A stretch of 64,000 nt of DNA from the human T2T-CHM13v2.0 reference genome, Homo sapiens. Position 1 is the first letter of the stretch, and the number at the start of each line of letters is the position of its first letter. A program made the translations under genes and the position numbers. Where the stretch lies: assembly GCF_009914755.1 (NCBI RefSeq), contig NC_060933.1. One strand, given 5' to 3'. The notes below the pieces were generated by a model. The model was given only the letters and a program-made list of their open reading frames with translations. It was not told where the DNA came from and made no database searches. Positions 13,244-25,535 of the stretch are shown here, in pieces.

Positions 13244-13382
13244 TTTCTCTTTTTTTTGTATTTTTAGTAAAGACGGGGTTTCACCGTGTTAGCAGGATGG
13301 TCTCGATCTCCTGACCTTGTGATCCACCTGCCTCGACCTCCCAAAGTGCTGGGATTACAGGCGTGAGCCACCACACCCAGCC
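13244..13382 (-). mobile_element. Alu left monomer only (AluY/Sc-type) with 15-bp TSD
   Basis: 'accgtgttagcaggatggtctcgatctcctgacc'; TSD aacatttatattttc at 13229-13243 and 13383-13397. Confidence 0.95.
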
Positions 13383-13778
13383 AACATTTATATTTTCGAT
13401 CACAAAATCAAATGAGTGAACCCATGGTCAACATTTTTATTTTCATAAAGGCAAGGGTTAGAGAATGTCCTTTCCCTGCCAATTCTTTCTCTCTAGATGT
13501 CATATTGCTTAGGGTCTCTGACTTCTCTAGAAACTGTGCACCTTATCAAACCTTAGCAATTAGGAAGTCTAATATTATACTGGTAAACAAAGGTGATGAA
13601 ATGCAAAATGATCCAATGGGCAGTGAATTGATTCAAATTTTTTGAATAGGTAACTGAGTTAATAATCTTCTCTTTTTATATTCAGGTTCATTCTGCCTAT
13701 GATTAAAATGTGGATGAAAATTTCTTTCAAGTTCACACAAATAATTTGTTTAAAAGCTCTTCCTTCCCTTTTGTTTTT

Positions 13779-13817
13779 AACACATACACACAAACACACA
13801 CACACACATACACACAC
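13779..13817. repeat. Imperfect (CA)n
   Basis: Direct observation. Confidence 0.85.
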
Positions 13818-14279
13818 CAGATCTCCAAATCTATGAAGTCAAAGAAACTCAGTTCTTTCCACAATGCAATAAAAAGTTGTACAAGAGGAGAAAATGGAGT
13901 TTTAAACTCATGTAAACCTTTGGAATGTTGTCTTCTTTATATTACCAATGACACCTCTAGAGCCTACAAGAAAAAAGAATTGCTTGGAAAGTAAATATCT
14001 TGGACAATGTAGCTAAAAGAATATTAAATGTTCTATTTTTAGCTTATCATGGTTGTGAAGAAATATCCACCTTAATCTACTGGAAGGTGGCCTTAGTTTC
14101 CAACACTGAATTTCACATTTTGAAATTTATTGGCTCTCTGGCTTTCCCATGAAATTTAAAAGAAGTGAGAATGCCTTAAAAATTTTGAATGAATTTAAAG
14201 ATTAAACCCTTCTGGCTTTTCTTGTCACATGAAATTAAATAGAGGCAACTTGGGAAGGGTAGAAAGGCCACTTGTCATT

Positions 14280-14470
14280 GGGGTAAGACAGACTGCCCTA
14301 CTTGCCCGCATGGACCTTCGGACGAGTAATTTAAAGGCTCCAAGCCTCCTTTCCTTCATCTAAAGATTAGAAAAACTCTCAGGGTTTTTGAGGATCAGAA
14401 ATAACACATATCATGCATAATACAAAGTGCACCTATCCTGAAGCCTGTAGTAGGCGTTCATTGAACCCTA
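14280..14470 (+). mobile_element. MIR (degenerate)
   Basis: 'gcctcctttccttcatctaaagat' and 'tagtaggcgttcattgaa'. Confidence 0.5.
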
Positions 14471-16429
14471 AGTTGTTATCACTACTAGTTATTAATATTT
14501 CATCATCATTTTCTTCATTGTTGCTATTATAGTTACACGCCCATACTCATCATTCTACAAAATCTTTGCAAATATAGTACTATTTTCAGGGACTAGCAGT
14601 CTAGAATGGAATCAATATAATAAGTATATGCAATATATTAGAGGGCTAATTCTTTATCTGAAGTGTTTCCATTAGGAAAGAGAGGAGGAAGAAGCCATGA
14701 GCCCCCCCAACGTATGTGTTTCACTTAAGCTAAGTGCTAATGCACTGACATTGGCAGCAGGAGTGGTGGCCCTGCCAACCTTGTGGGGTTTCTAAAAGGG
14801 AGAGTTGGCATAAGGGGAATTCAGATCTAGAGAAGGATGCAAATAACTTTACAGCTAGCATTGTGGCTACTCCTGGGCATTTGGTTTATTTATAGTTCAG
14901 AACTGGTCTGAAAGGCATTAAGAAAATGACTTAATGGCACCTCCTCAGCCTGAAGCAGGGCTTGCTTCTTCACCTGGAGAGAGGTCTGGACAAAATCCCA
15001 GTTGGTCTAATAGCTAAGCCATGCCAAGGGAGTGTCATTAGGGATCAGGTCCTCACCAGGAAGCTGTTGCCCTGAATGGAAGCCTGTATTCCTTTGTTTG
15101 CTTTTACCTGTTCTTTTCTTTCTCTCACTGAGATGTTAGGCTGCCTGTGAACCCTGGGGGAAGCCAGGGCTTTGTGAGCCAACTTGTGCTCGAGCTATTG
15201 GGAGAGGATCCAGGGAAGTACCAACTGCAGGGACCAAAGGGTGGGGCTAGAACCTGTGAGGAAAGACTAGAAAAGAGGCTTAATTAGACACTCAGGAGGG
15301 GCTGAAGTAGTTGAGTAAAGATCTTCCAGTGCACCTAGTGGGATCACGCAGAGAACAAAAAGCAATTCTGTGCTGTCTCTAAGGTAAACAGAGCAAGAGC
15401 ACCTAAACTCCAGGCTAAAACCTCTAGGTCACCCCTTTGGGTTCACTGCCCTGCTGCGAATTCTCCTCCCTACACTCTTTCTGCTAACTTGTCTGCTTAC
15501 ATAGAAGTGAAAAAATGAAACCAAAGATCTCCTCTTGCTGGGCCTCTGAGAGATGATAAGATAAGGTTTGATGAAGGGCTGGCCTGGCTCTAGGCCCTTG
15601 GAAATCTCCAAAGCTCTCTTCTTTCAACACTAAAAGGGATTTCATTTTTATCATCTTCACAGCAATCTTTGCCTTTTTCACATCGAAAGTTGAACCATGT
15701 TAAAATCTGCAGATTAATGAGGTAATATAAAATGAGGTCACTCACTATTACATAAAGTGGCTAAGCTGCTTTAATACCAACTTTGACATGCACCTGTTTT
15801 ACTAGTTTCCATCTGTGTTGGAGAAGCCAGAGTTGCCCAAGAGTTAGAACTCTCAGGGTCGACTTATGTGACGCTATCTCTGTATCCTGAGCTGACCTCA
15901 ATGGCCTCGATAGCAGGGAATACCATCTGCAGGAAGACTGAGTTATCCTGATGGCAGATGGCAGCACAAGTGGACTAGCTCAGGCAGTGCAGCTAGAGCA
16001 GGTCTCCGCTTGGCTTCTCCTAAATTGGAGGACAAAAAGAATGCCACTTTCAACCCCTGTGCTCACTCACTTATCTAGATTTTTCCTGTATTCACTAAAT
16101 GACATTCTGTAGATCATGATGGGGATTCCCGAGTCCTTAGATAAACCAAGAGTGAAACTGTGGAGCCAGTACAATTTATTTATAAATTTGTACCTTCCCA
16201 TTCATTCCGACTATGTCTTTGCTCCTTTTCCACCATCTCTCAGTCCTGCCAGGTGAACATGAATCAAATAATCACACCGAGTTATGGGAGTTAGAAAGCC
16301 AATCTGTGAGAAAGACCACTCTGCTTAAGTATACCTTTAAAAGATAAATAAATGGATTTATCTAGTTGGACCTAACAATATAATTGATCTAGTTTGGGTT
16401 CTTCATCCCCTGATGTTATTTTAGGGCCT

Positions 16430-16690
16430 GTCATGACTCAGGTGTTAGAGATACAGGAACACAAAGATCAACAGAGAGGAAGTCCCTGGTTGTTTTAGAA
16501 ATTTGAAAAAATATGTGTGGTATTATTACATCGTGTGAGTGGGAAGAAAATGGCCTTACTCAAGTCCATGGTGCTGAGAAGGGATAGTGGAAGATGAGGT
16601 CACAGAATTATCTATTGAGGATGTTGCCTGCCATGCTGGGAAGTTTGCACCTTGTGCTATAGCCATTAGGGAAACAACAGAAAACTTACA
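16430..16690 (-). mobile_element. L2 fragment (may resume at about 17380-17530)
   Basis: 'agatgaggtcacagaa...gccatgctgggaagtttgcaccttg' resembles L2 antisense. Confidence 0.45.
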
Positions 16691-16692
16691 GG

Positions 16693-16966
16693 CATCAGGC
16701 ATGGTGGTTCATTCCTGTAATCCCAGTGCTTTGGAAGGCTGAGGCAAGATAATCATCTGAGGCCAGGAGTTTGAGGCCAGTCTGAGCAACATAGTGAGAT
16801 GCTCATCTCTACAAAAAATAAGTTAGATATGATGGTGCACACCTGAAGTCCTGGCTCCCCAGGATGCTGACACAGGAAGAGCCCTTGAGCCCAGGAATTT
16901 GAGGCTACAGTGAGCTATGGTGGCACCATGCAGTCCAGCCTGGGTGGCAAAGATGACCCTGTCTCA
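16693..16966 (+). mobile_element. AluJ
   Basis: AluJ diagnostics 'cttgagcccaggaatttgaggctacagtgagctatg' and 'gcaacatagtgaga'. Confidence 0.93.
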
Positions 16967-16973
16967 CATACAC

Positions 16974-17224
16974 AAAAGAAAGAAAGAAAGAAGAAAAGAA
17001 AGAAAGACAGAAAGAAAGAGAGGAAGGAAGGAAGGAAAGAGAGAAAAGAAAGAAAGAGAAAGAAAGAGAGGAAGGAAGGAAGGAAAGAGAGAAAGAAAGA
17101 AAAGGAAGGAAGAAAGAGAAAGAAAGGGAGAGAAAGAAAAACAAAAGAAAGAAAGAAAAGGAAAGAAAGAAAATAAAAGGAGAAGAAGGAGGAGGAGGGG
17201 GAGGAGGAAAAGAAGGAAGGAAGG
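16974..17224. repeat. GA-rich polypurine tract (GAAA/GGAA), expanded Alu tail
   Basis: About 250 nt with only 3 pyrimidines. Confidence 0.95.
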
Positions 17225-18314
17225 TTGGTTAACAGCATGGTCATGACATAACTAGTTTTGCTAGATTCCTTGCTTTTTAAAAAATTTGTGCTTTTTGGTT
17301 CGTGAATTTTGTGTTTTTGTTGTTTTTGTTTTTTTCTGTTTTGGCCTCATGTTGTTTTGGGATGTTTGTTTGATTTTGACTGAAATGTGGAGAGTGGACT
17401 TGATTGAGGAGAATTTTTTTGGAGCAAGATCAATTATCAGCTTTAACAAATAGAAGTGAGAGATGGCAAACGCCTAAACCAAGACATTAAAATTAGAAAG
17501 ATGAAAAGGTGAATACTTTCAAAAGGGGGTTACAAAAAACAAAATGGCAAGAAAAATACAAAAGGGACCCCACTGTGGTCGCTCTAATCAAGATCTTTCC
17601 TAGCGGCCACCAAAGAGGGCAACTAACCTTCCTTTCCTCATTTGGAAGGAGTTGCTAATACAAATTCAAGTTAACGTTAATGAGTAAGGGAAATGTCCTT
17701 CCTCCTTAAACATATTTGAAATAGAAGAGGGCAGGGGTCTTCAATGTAGGATAAAGATCCAAGATGGAGAGAGGTAGCCGAGGCCATGCAAATGAGCAAA
17801 TAGTAGAGGTTATTATCCACACGAGTATGGAAGTTGACTGATTCTACAGTAAAATTATAAACCTGTCCTACCAGTACTCCCATCGGGTTTCATGTTTACA
17901 TTTAAAATTGGCTTAAAATAGTTGAGATAACTCAGTGTGCGTTACTTAATAGTACTTGAGAATGGGGGAGAAATTGGTTGTTTAAGGAGCAAATTTTTCT
18001 TGTTCACTTTGCATACAAGAAGAATAAAGGCAGGACCCTGGACAGGGAATACAAGTTGGATAGTAGATTTAGGCTTGGCTCAATGTGTAAATATCAAACT
18101 TGCTTAGGATGATTCTAAGAATCATTATGTTAGGTAACTTTGTTGAAATGATTCTAAGGGGGCTAAGCAAGCCTGTTATCCCAGAAACCACCCCTAAGAT
18201 ATCCGAATTTCCATCGTTAGAAAAGAAAACTAAAATGGACTGAGTCATTTCTATGAGCCAAACACTATTCATGGCCTGCACAAATACCTCCTTAAAAGAA
18301 CCATGAGCAGAGGC

Positions 18315-18440
18315 TCTATCATCTTCCTCCTACAGTGAAGGAACATACTCAGAGTCACACAGTTAATCAAGAGTGGAGCCAGTACTTGAAGCTAGGTTGG
18401 TCAGCTTCAGAACCTTTGCTCTTTCCATTATACCACATTA
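18315..18440 (-). mobile_element. MIR fragment
   Basis: 'agtcacacagttaatcaagagtggagccagtacttgaa' and 'gctctttccattataccac'. Confidence 0.65.
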
Positions 18441-19219
18441 AAAGGCCAGCTCTTTGGGTTAACGTTTTCTTATGCCCTTGGGAAAGTTGCACTTCTAATA
18501 TGAGCTAATCATTTACACTTCAGTGTCAATAATTTTCAAACTGTCTGTCTTCAGAGAGCCTGATAGGGAAAGAGGTTATAAAGAAGGTGAGAGCTGCAGA
18601 ATTGAGAAGAATGGAAAAATGTATCTCCAAACGTTAGGCTAAGATGCAATTCAGGAAACTGAACAGCAAAGACAAACTCCTTAAAAATTGTTGGCTGAGA
18701 ATCTACAGCCCATCATAGAGAATAGAATAATAGAAATTGGTTTAAATTTCAGTAATAGGAAAAAACTCAAGAGGCCTCCCTCCTCAATACACACACATAC
18801 ATACATACACATAACACTACATCACACAGAGACACACACATTTACATGTATGGATTAAATTAAGATCAATCTGAGAACTGACTAAACCCTTAGAAATCCT
18901 GTGTTGTCACTTGCTCACTTTAAAGATAAAGAGACTTTGGTCAGAGTGATGAACTTTTATATGCAGAGTCCTTCCGCTATTTATGGCCAATGGTTCACTC
19001 AATCCTAGATCTTCTGACTTCAATAAACAAGTCTCCACTCCTGGGGACTATACTTTCTTTTGTAGTTTAGGTTCATAACTCTCTGAAGCAATGGGTTTGA
19101 TCAAAGTACTTTTTTTTTGGAAGCTTCTATCTGTGTTACTGTATGAGTTGTTGGCTAGCTTAAAATATAAAATTAGAAATGAAGCTATTGTAGAAATATT
19201 TGCTAGTCTTGATTCTCCA

Positions 19220-19762
19220 AAATCCATTAATTTTCCCCCCACCCCTGCCTTTTTTTGTCCCTTGGTAACAACATGCTGATTAAATGTGAGCATTGCTTCC
19301 TCCCAATTCATGGAAGAATAGAGGAGTTTGACTTCAAAATTTCCCTTGGGCCTAGTTGATATTTTCACTTTTGAGGATGTGACCCAATTTGGACAAATGA
19401 GATGTAAAGAAGCATTTGCTAGGAGTTCTGAGAGAGAAGTTTCTGCATAGCTTAGAGAGAGCTACAAGAAGAGACTGCCACTCTTATTCTGGATAGTCTA
19501 GAGTTGAGGAGTGAGTTCTAGAGCTAGCATGGCCATTTCTTTTACTATAATGAGAGTCTAGCCTGAGGAAAAATTGAATACACAAAGAAGGGCAAAATAC
19601 ATAACAGTGAAGCATAGAGAAAGAGAAGCTTGATGGCGACAGGAATCTCAGCATTGAAATGTACTAGAAAACACACAAACTTGAACCATGAAGTCTCATT
19701 AAAAATTTTAATTTGCTCAAAGTAAGTTTTCTGACACTTGCAACGTAAACATCTCAACAAAA
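19220..19762 (+). mobile_element. Old MLT1 (J/K/L-like) MaLR solo LTR
   Basis: 'atgtgacccaatttggacaaatgagatgtaa' and end 'ttttctgacacttgcaac'. Confidence 0.7.
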
Positions 19763-20282
19763 TTTAACTCTACGTTGTATCAGTGAAAACTGACCCATAC
19801 TACAATTGACTGGGTGAACTTAACTGTGGGTTCACAAGACCACGTAATCAACAAGGACATCCCAAATCCTTCCATGCACAAGGCATCATGGAGAATTTTA
19901 GTGTTAGTATAGGAACGAATTATCCATAAGGAATACACTCCAGTTAGGGGAAGAGGAATACCCTATAGGAAACGAAGATGAGCAAGACAATACTCTAGAT
20001 TCCCAAGGGCTCGAGAGAGAAATGAAGAGTTTTAGAGGATTTAAGAGATGGGAAAGGTCACTGTGCATGAAGTCATAAGGAAAGCTTTGAGGAAGAGGTG
20101 AGATTTGAGCTGGCTTTTGAAATTGTGTGTGTAATGTGACAATAATGGTAATGATATCCATCTGGATTCTGTCTACTAGGCCTAAAAACCAGGTGAGAAA
20201 TCCCTGAGGTGCCAGGGATTTGTTCAGCAAAGAACACATTCACCATGCTAAATGCTTCTATGTGGAGGGCTTTCATGTAGAA

Positions 20283-20468
20283 GAGTGTTCTCCAAGTGGA
20301 GTTCCTAGACCAGCGGCATCTCCATCATCTGAGCCTTGTAAGAAATATTCATGTTCAGGCTCCAACCCAGACCTACAGATTCGGGTGCTCTGGAAATGGG
20401 GCCCAGCAATATGTGGTTTTAAGCCCTCTGCGTGATTCTGATGCACGCTCAAATTTGAGAACCACTGA
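20283..20468. mobile_element. MER5A
   Basis: 'tagaccagcggcatc...ggggcccagcaat...gtgattctgatgcacgctcaaatttgagaaccactg'. Confidence 0.9.
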
Positions 20469-20502
20469 TTTCAAGTGGTTCTTAAGGTATACTTTACCTG
20501 GA

Positions 20503-21158
<656 letters not shown>

Positions 21159-22698
21159 CTAAATGTTCATAAGCTTGAATGAGGAAAAAAAATCCATTTT
21201 TATTTTCACTAACCTCTAACCAAAATTTAACATTTTCTTCCATTATGAAGGTGGGCCACAAACCAGAGTGGCATGTAGCAGTTTATGTTGCCAATAGAAA
21301 TCAGAGATATTTTTCTGCCACATTTTAGGGGTTGCAGATATCTGAAAATACCACTAACGCTTATTACTACTTTGAAATTATAATCATTATTAGGCCTGCT
21401 GCCAGACATTATTATTAAGGTGTTAGAGAAAGACAGGTATTACTGTATCTCAAAATTTAAAAAATATTTTGATAACTGCATTTTATCATAATTGATTTCC
21501 TTTGCAAGTCTATATATTTTATTTTCTGTATTTAAACATGAATCCTTGGAAGAAGACCAGAGGCTTCACTGGACTCGGAAGGAGGGCATAGCACATTAAA
21601 ATGTAAACCCCTGAACTAGGAGTAACACAGGTGTCTCTTGCTGCACCCCTCACTCACTGATACCAGCAAGAAGAACAGTGATGATCTGAGTGATGAGAGT
21701 TCTAAAATCAGCAGGAAAAGCCTGACTCCAGCCCTTCCCTTTCCCTCTTCCCACACCTGCCTGGGTGCAGGGCTTTAGTGCTGGTCTGCCCTCAGACATG
21801 GTATCAGGGCTTGGAGGTGGGTGGTTTAACTCTGTCCCTGATTGGTATGTCCATCTTTTTCTGAGCTGAAGTACCAGAAAGCCCATATGGGCATAGATCT
21901 AATGCCATATCGCCAATTCAGCTCTGACCTCTCACAAAGCTAATATTTTGATCTCCATCTGTCTGTTCCACATCTGTTTCTTAATTGGTTTAAAACTCCG
22001 GCCGCACAGAAAAGTACCATTTGTTGGCCCTCTAAAACTTGGCCAGCCTGAAAGTCTCTCTCCATCTCTTATTTTTCTGCTGGGAATACACTACAGTGAA
22101 GGAGGCAGTGCAGGAAAATGGGCAGCTCCGCTTCCTCCCAGGAGGTTTCTTAATTGTTCCTTAAGTCGCATTGGTACCAGATGCCAGACAAAAGCTTGAA
22201 GCAAGGTACTTCCTTCTTGGTTGTCCCAGAATCAGAGCTATAAATTCGTTGGGTCATTGCCCTTTAAAAGAGGAGGAAAATATGAGGTGATAATAGTCAA
22301 GGTCATTGTTGTGAATCCAAAGAATTCTGTAAACCAGCTGTAAAGATTCTTCCTTAGCCACTGGGCATAGAGCCTAACACAGCTCTACAGACACTGGCAG
22401 ATTTTCTAGATCTTCAGATCAGACTTTTTCCCTAAGCAGCTCGTTTCTCTTTGCCACTATTAACCTGTTAGATGAAATATAGCTAACCTTATTATGAACT
22501 AAAACAGAGAAATCGTGATTAGAACATTTAGCTATGCTATGCAAGGACATAAAGGCAACCAAAATGTTGTCACGATATTTCTTTTATTTTTTGAAATAAG
22601 AGAAATAAAACTTTATTCTAAAGCTGCAGAAAATGTGGGAAGTAAAAATATTTCAGCATTTTAGTATTTTTCCCCTACACAAAATTATCAGGATGCCA

Positions 22699-22919
22699 TT
22701 TTTTTTAATTATACGTTAAGTTTTAGGGTACATGTGCACAACGTGCAGGTTTGTTACATATGTATACATGTGCCATATTGGTGTGCTGCACCCATTAACT
22801 CGTCATTAACATTAAGTATATCTCCTAATGCTATCCCTCCCCACTTCCCCCACCCCACAACAGGCCCCGGTGTGTGATGTTCCCTTTCCTGTGTCCAAGT
22901 GTTCTCATTGTTCAATTCC
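22699..22919 (-). mobile_element. L1PA 3' UTR end, 5'-truncated (about 220 bp)
   Basis: 'ttttagggtacatgtgcacaacgtgcaggtttgttacatatgtatacatgtgcc...gttctcattgttcaattcc'. Confidence 0.96.
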
Positions 22920-23019
22920 AAGGGTCCCCAAACCAGCTTCCTTCCATACTAACATCTCCTACTTGTTGACACACTTCAGGTGAATAAGGCCCTAGGGTGA
23001 TGACTTTTCTTGTGTTGTA

Positions 23020-23530
23020 CACAATAATGCTATGAGTTGGAATCACCATTAACCCTCTTTTATAGATGAGAGCACTGAGTTTCCTTTGAAACTGTCCTGA
23101 AGATTCCTGCTAAGGTGCTGAGAAATGCCAAAACTGTTCTGTTCCAAGTCTGTTCTTGGAACATTCCCAAGGTCATCAAAAATGGTGGATCTGGGATTTA
23201 AATCCAGGCCTGGGCACCAGAAAGCCCAGGATCTCAGCTACTGTCAGAGAGATGAGTCTGCTCTTTGTTTACCTCTGTTCCAGCATCCCTCTCCTAGCTG
23301 TCTTGTTGTACCTACCATTCAGAATCCATGAAAATTTAGGGTGCCCATCTCCATGTGTGTTCACAAGGTATCTATTATAATTGAAACCTCATAACAACCA
23401 TGTTAGATGAGTCAGGTTATCACCTTGATGTTACAGATGAGCAAACTGAGACTTAGGAAGTAGAAGAAAGTTTCTCCAGATCAAACCACAGAGCTAATAC
23501 AGCACCAGAGCTGACATATGAACCCCAGCC
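23020..23530 (-). mobile_element. Two MIR fragments (about 23020-23240 and 23350-23530)
   Basis: 'ttttatagatgagagcactgag' and 'gttacagatgagcaaactgagacttag'. Confidence 0.65.
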
Positions 23531-25087
23531 TTCACTTAAGTTAAAACTTTATAAATTCCGGTAAAAGACTCTGGTGGCATGGATATTTTATCTACAGCAT
23601 CTCAGCCCGGCTAATCTTGTTGGAGCTAGCTAGCAGGACACACAGAAGGACACAGGTCGTGTAGCTTCAATGCACTGGGCTGCCATTGCTTTTTGGGCTT
23701 TCAGTCTACCTGCATTTCCAATGAGAATATTCATTTGTTTTCTCCATATCCTAGTAAATTCTTCAGATTCTTATTTTAAGCAACAACTTTCTGTAACATA
23801 ATGATAGCATTTCTGCACACAGCACATAGCCCTTTCTGAATTTTGAATAAAAAGACTGATATAATTGTCAAATCTCCCCATCCTGATGAAAAGAGAAGGC
23901 TAGGAGGACAGACTTGGAACAGAACAGCTTTGACATTTGTCAGCTCATTAGCAGGAACCTTCAGGACACATTTCCACTCTTGGTGGTCAGTCGCACTCAG
24001 TGTTAACACAAAGGGACTGGCCCTCTAGGCATAGAAGAAACTTTATTCTCCCATTAAAATATAATTGCATAAAGAGATTTGGAATTAAAGCCAAAATTGG
24101 GCTTGCCAGACATAAAACATATCATGCTTAGTTTGACTACTTAAGGGGTAACAACTGCTGTTTTGAGCAACAGTTCTTTGGGGCCATTCTTTGCATAGAA
24201 ATATTCAACATAATCTTTAATTGTGCTAAGTGGTGTGAAGGGGAAACCAGCTTCAAGGCTAATATGATAATGAGTATTATCTGAGAGACCAGAAAAAAGG
24301 CGGTTCGGAATATAATCTTTCATGCTTTTTTGTTGTTGTTCAGCTAAAAATAAAAGCCTCGTTAAAGAGAGTTTTAAATGAATTATACTTCTCCATTTCT
24401 CTCACAATTAATTTTTGTGCAGCCCAATTGCAATTTGCAATTCTGATGCTTTTACCCTGAGCAGAGCAGCGTAAATTGGTTGGAAAACGGCAGAGGGCAG
24501 TGCTGAGCTGAAGCTGGCTCTGGAAACTTGCTTCTGGCTATAAAATTGTGCCTGTTATTAGATGAAATCTTAGGACTAACTTAGCCACAGAGGAAATTAA
24601 ACTGCTAATTATGTGTGTCTAAATCACTAAAAATGGGTCCAGTTGTTGCTCAAGATTTCAGAAACACCCACCTCTTCTCTTTCTATTTAAAATATGTAAT
24701 TATGCCTGGAAATAGTACCTATTAACAATTTTATACAAATTTTAAAAATCTTTTAGAGTTATCTGTTTGCATAGCTTGTCAATTGCTTGGTAAATAAACA
24801 AAAGATTGGTGGTTTTAGTTTCGTGGGGTTTTTAATTGTTCATGTCCATGTCTTCATCGGGGTACTCCATGTTCAGGTACGCAGAGTAGAGTTCCAATGG
24901 ATTCAGACAAAATAACCACATTATTTTTATAGCACTTTCTCAAAAACAGATTTCTATAGAGGCAAGCATTTCCAAGATTTGGAGAGAAACTGATTCTAAT
25001 TTGGGGACAAAAAGCAACAATGATGGCATAAATGCCTGTATGCATTTAGGAAAGTGAGGTCATTGTAAATTTTCCTCATGATCAGGA

Positions 25088-25127
25088 AAAACAACAAACA
25101 AACAAACAAAACAAAACAAAACAAAAC
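25088..25127. repeat. (AAAC)n/(AAAAC)n
   Basis: Direct observation. Confidence 0.9.
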
Positions 25128-25387
25128 CAGACATCTCAGAGTAAATGTGGAGTCCATGACCAGCAAAGACCATTTTAGGTTCCTTGTGCTGTGCCAGGCA
25201 GCCTGGTGGCTGTCCATAGATGATCAGATAAGCAAAAGGGAAAGAAATTTGATACAAAGTCTTAACAAAATATGACTGGAAACTGAAAGTGAATATATAT
25301 GCTATGTTGAATAATTTGAGTAATTTGCATGGTTCAGGGCCTTTAGTTTGCAAATAGTTTTTCATGTATTATATATTTCTTTTAAGG

Positions 25388-25535
25388 CCTTACTACTCAC
25401 AGTATGTTCCCTAGACCAGTTTCATCACTTGGAAGCTTGTTAGAGATGCAGAATCGTCATCTGCTAAGTCAGAGTCTGTATTTTAATAGGTCTATAGATG
25501 ATTTGGTTGCACCCTTATGTTTGAGAAACACTATT
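25388..25535. mobile_element. MER5A/MER5B
   Basis: 'tagaccag...gcttgttagagatgcagaatc...tttgagaaacact'. Confidence 0.75.

Noticed and set aside
16905-17246. K/E/R-rich and F/L/S-rich ORFs
   Set aside because: Translations of the GA-rich Alu tail.
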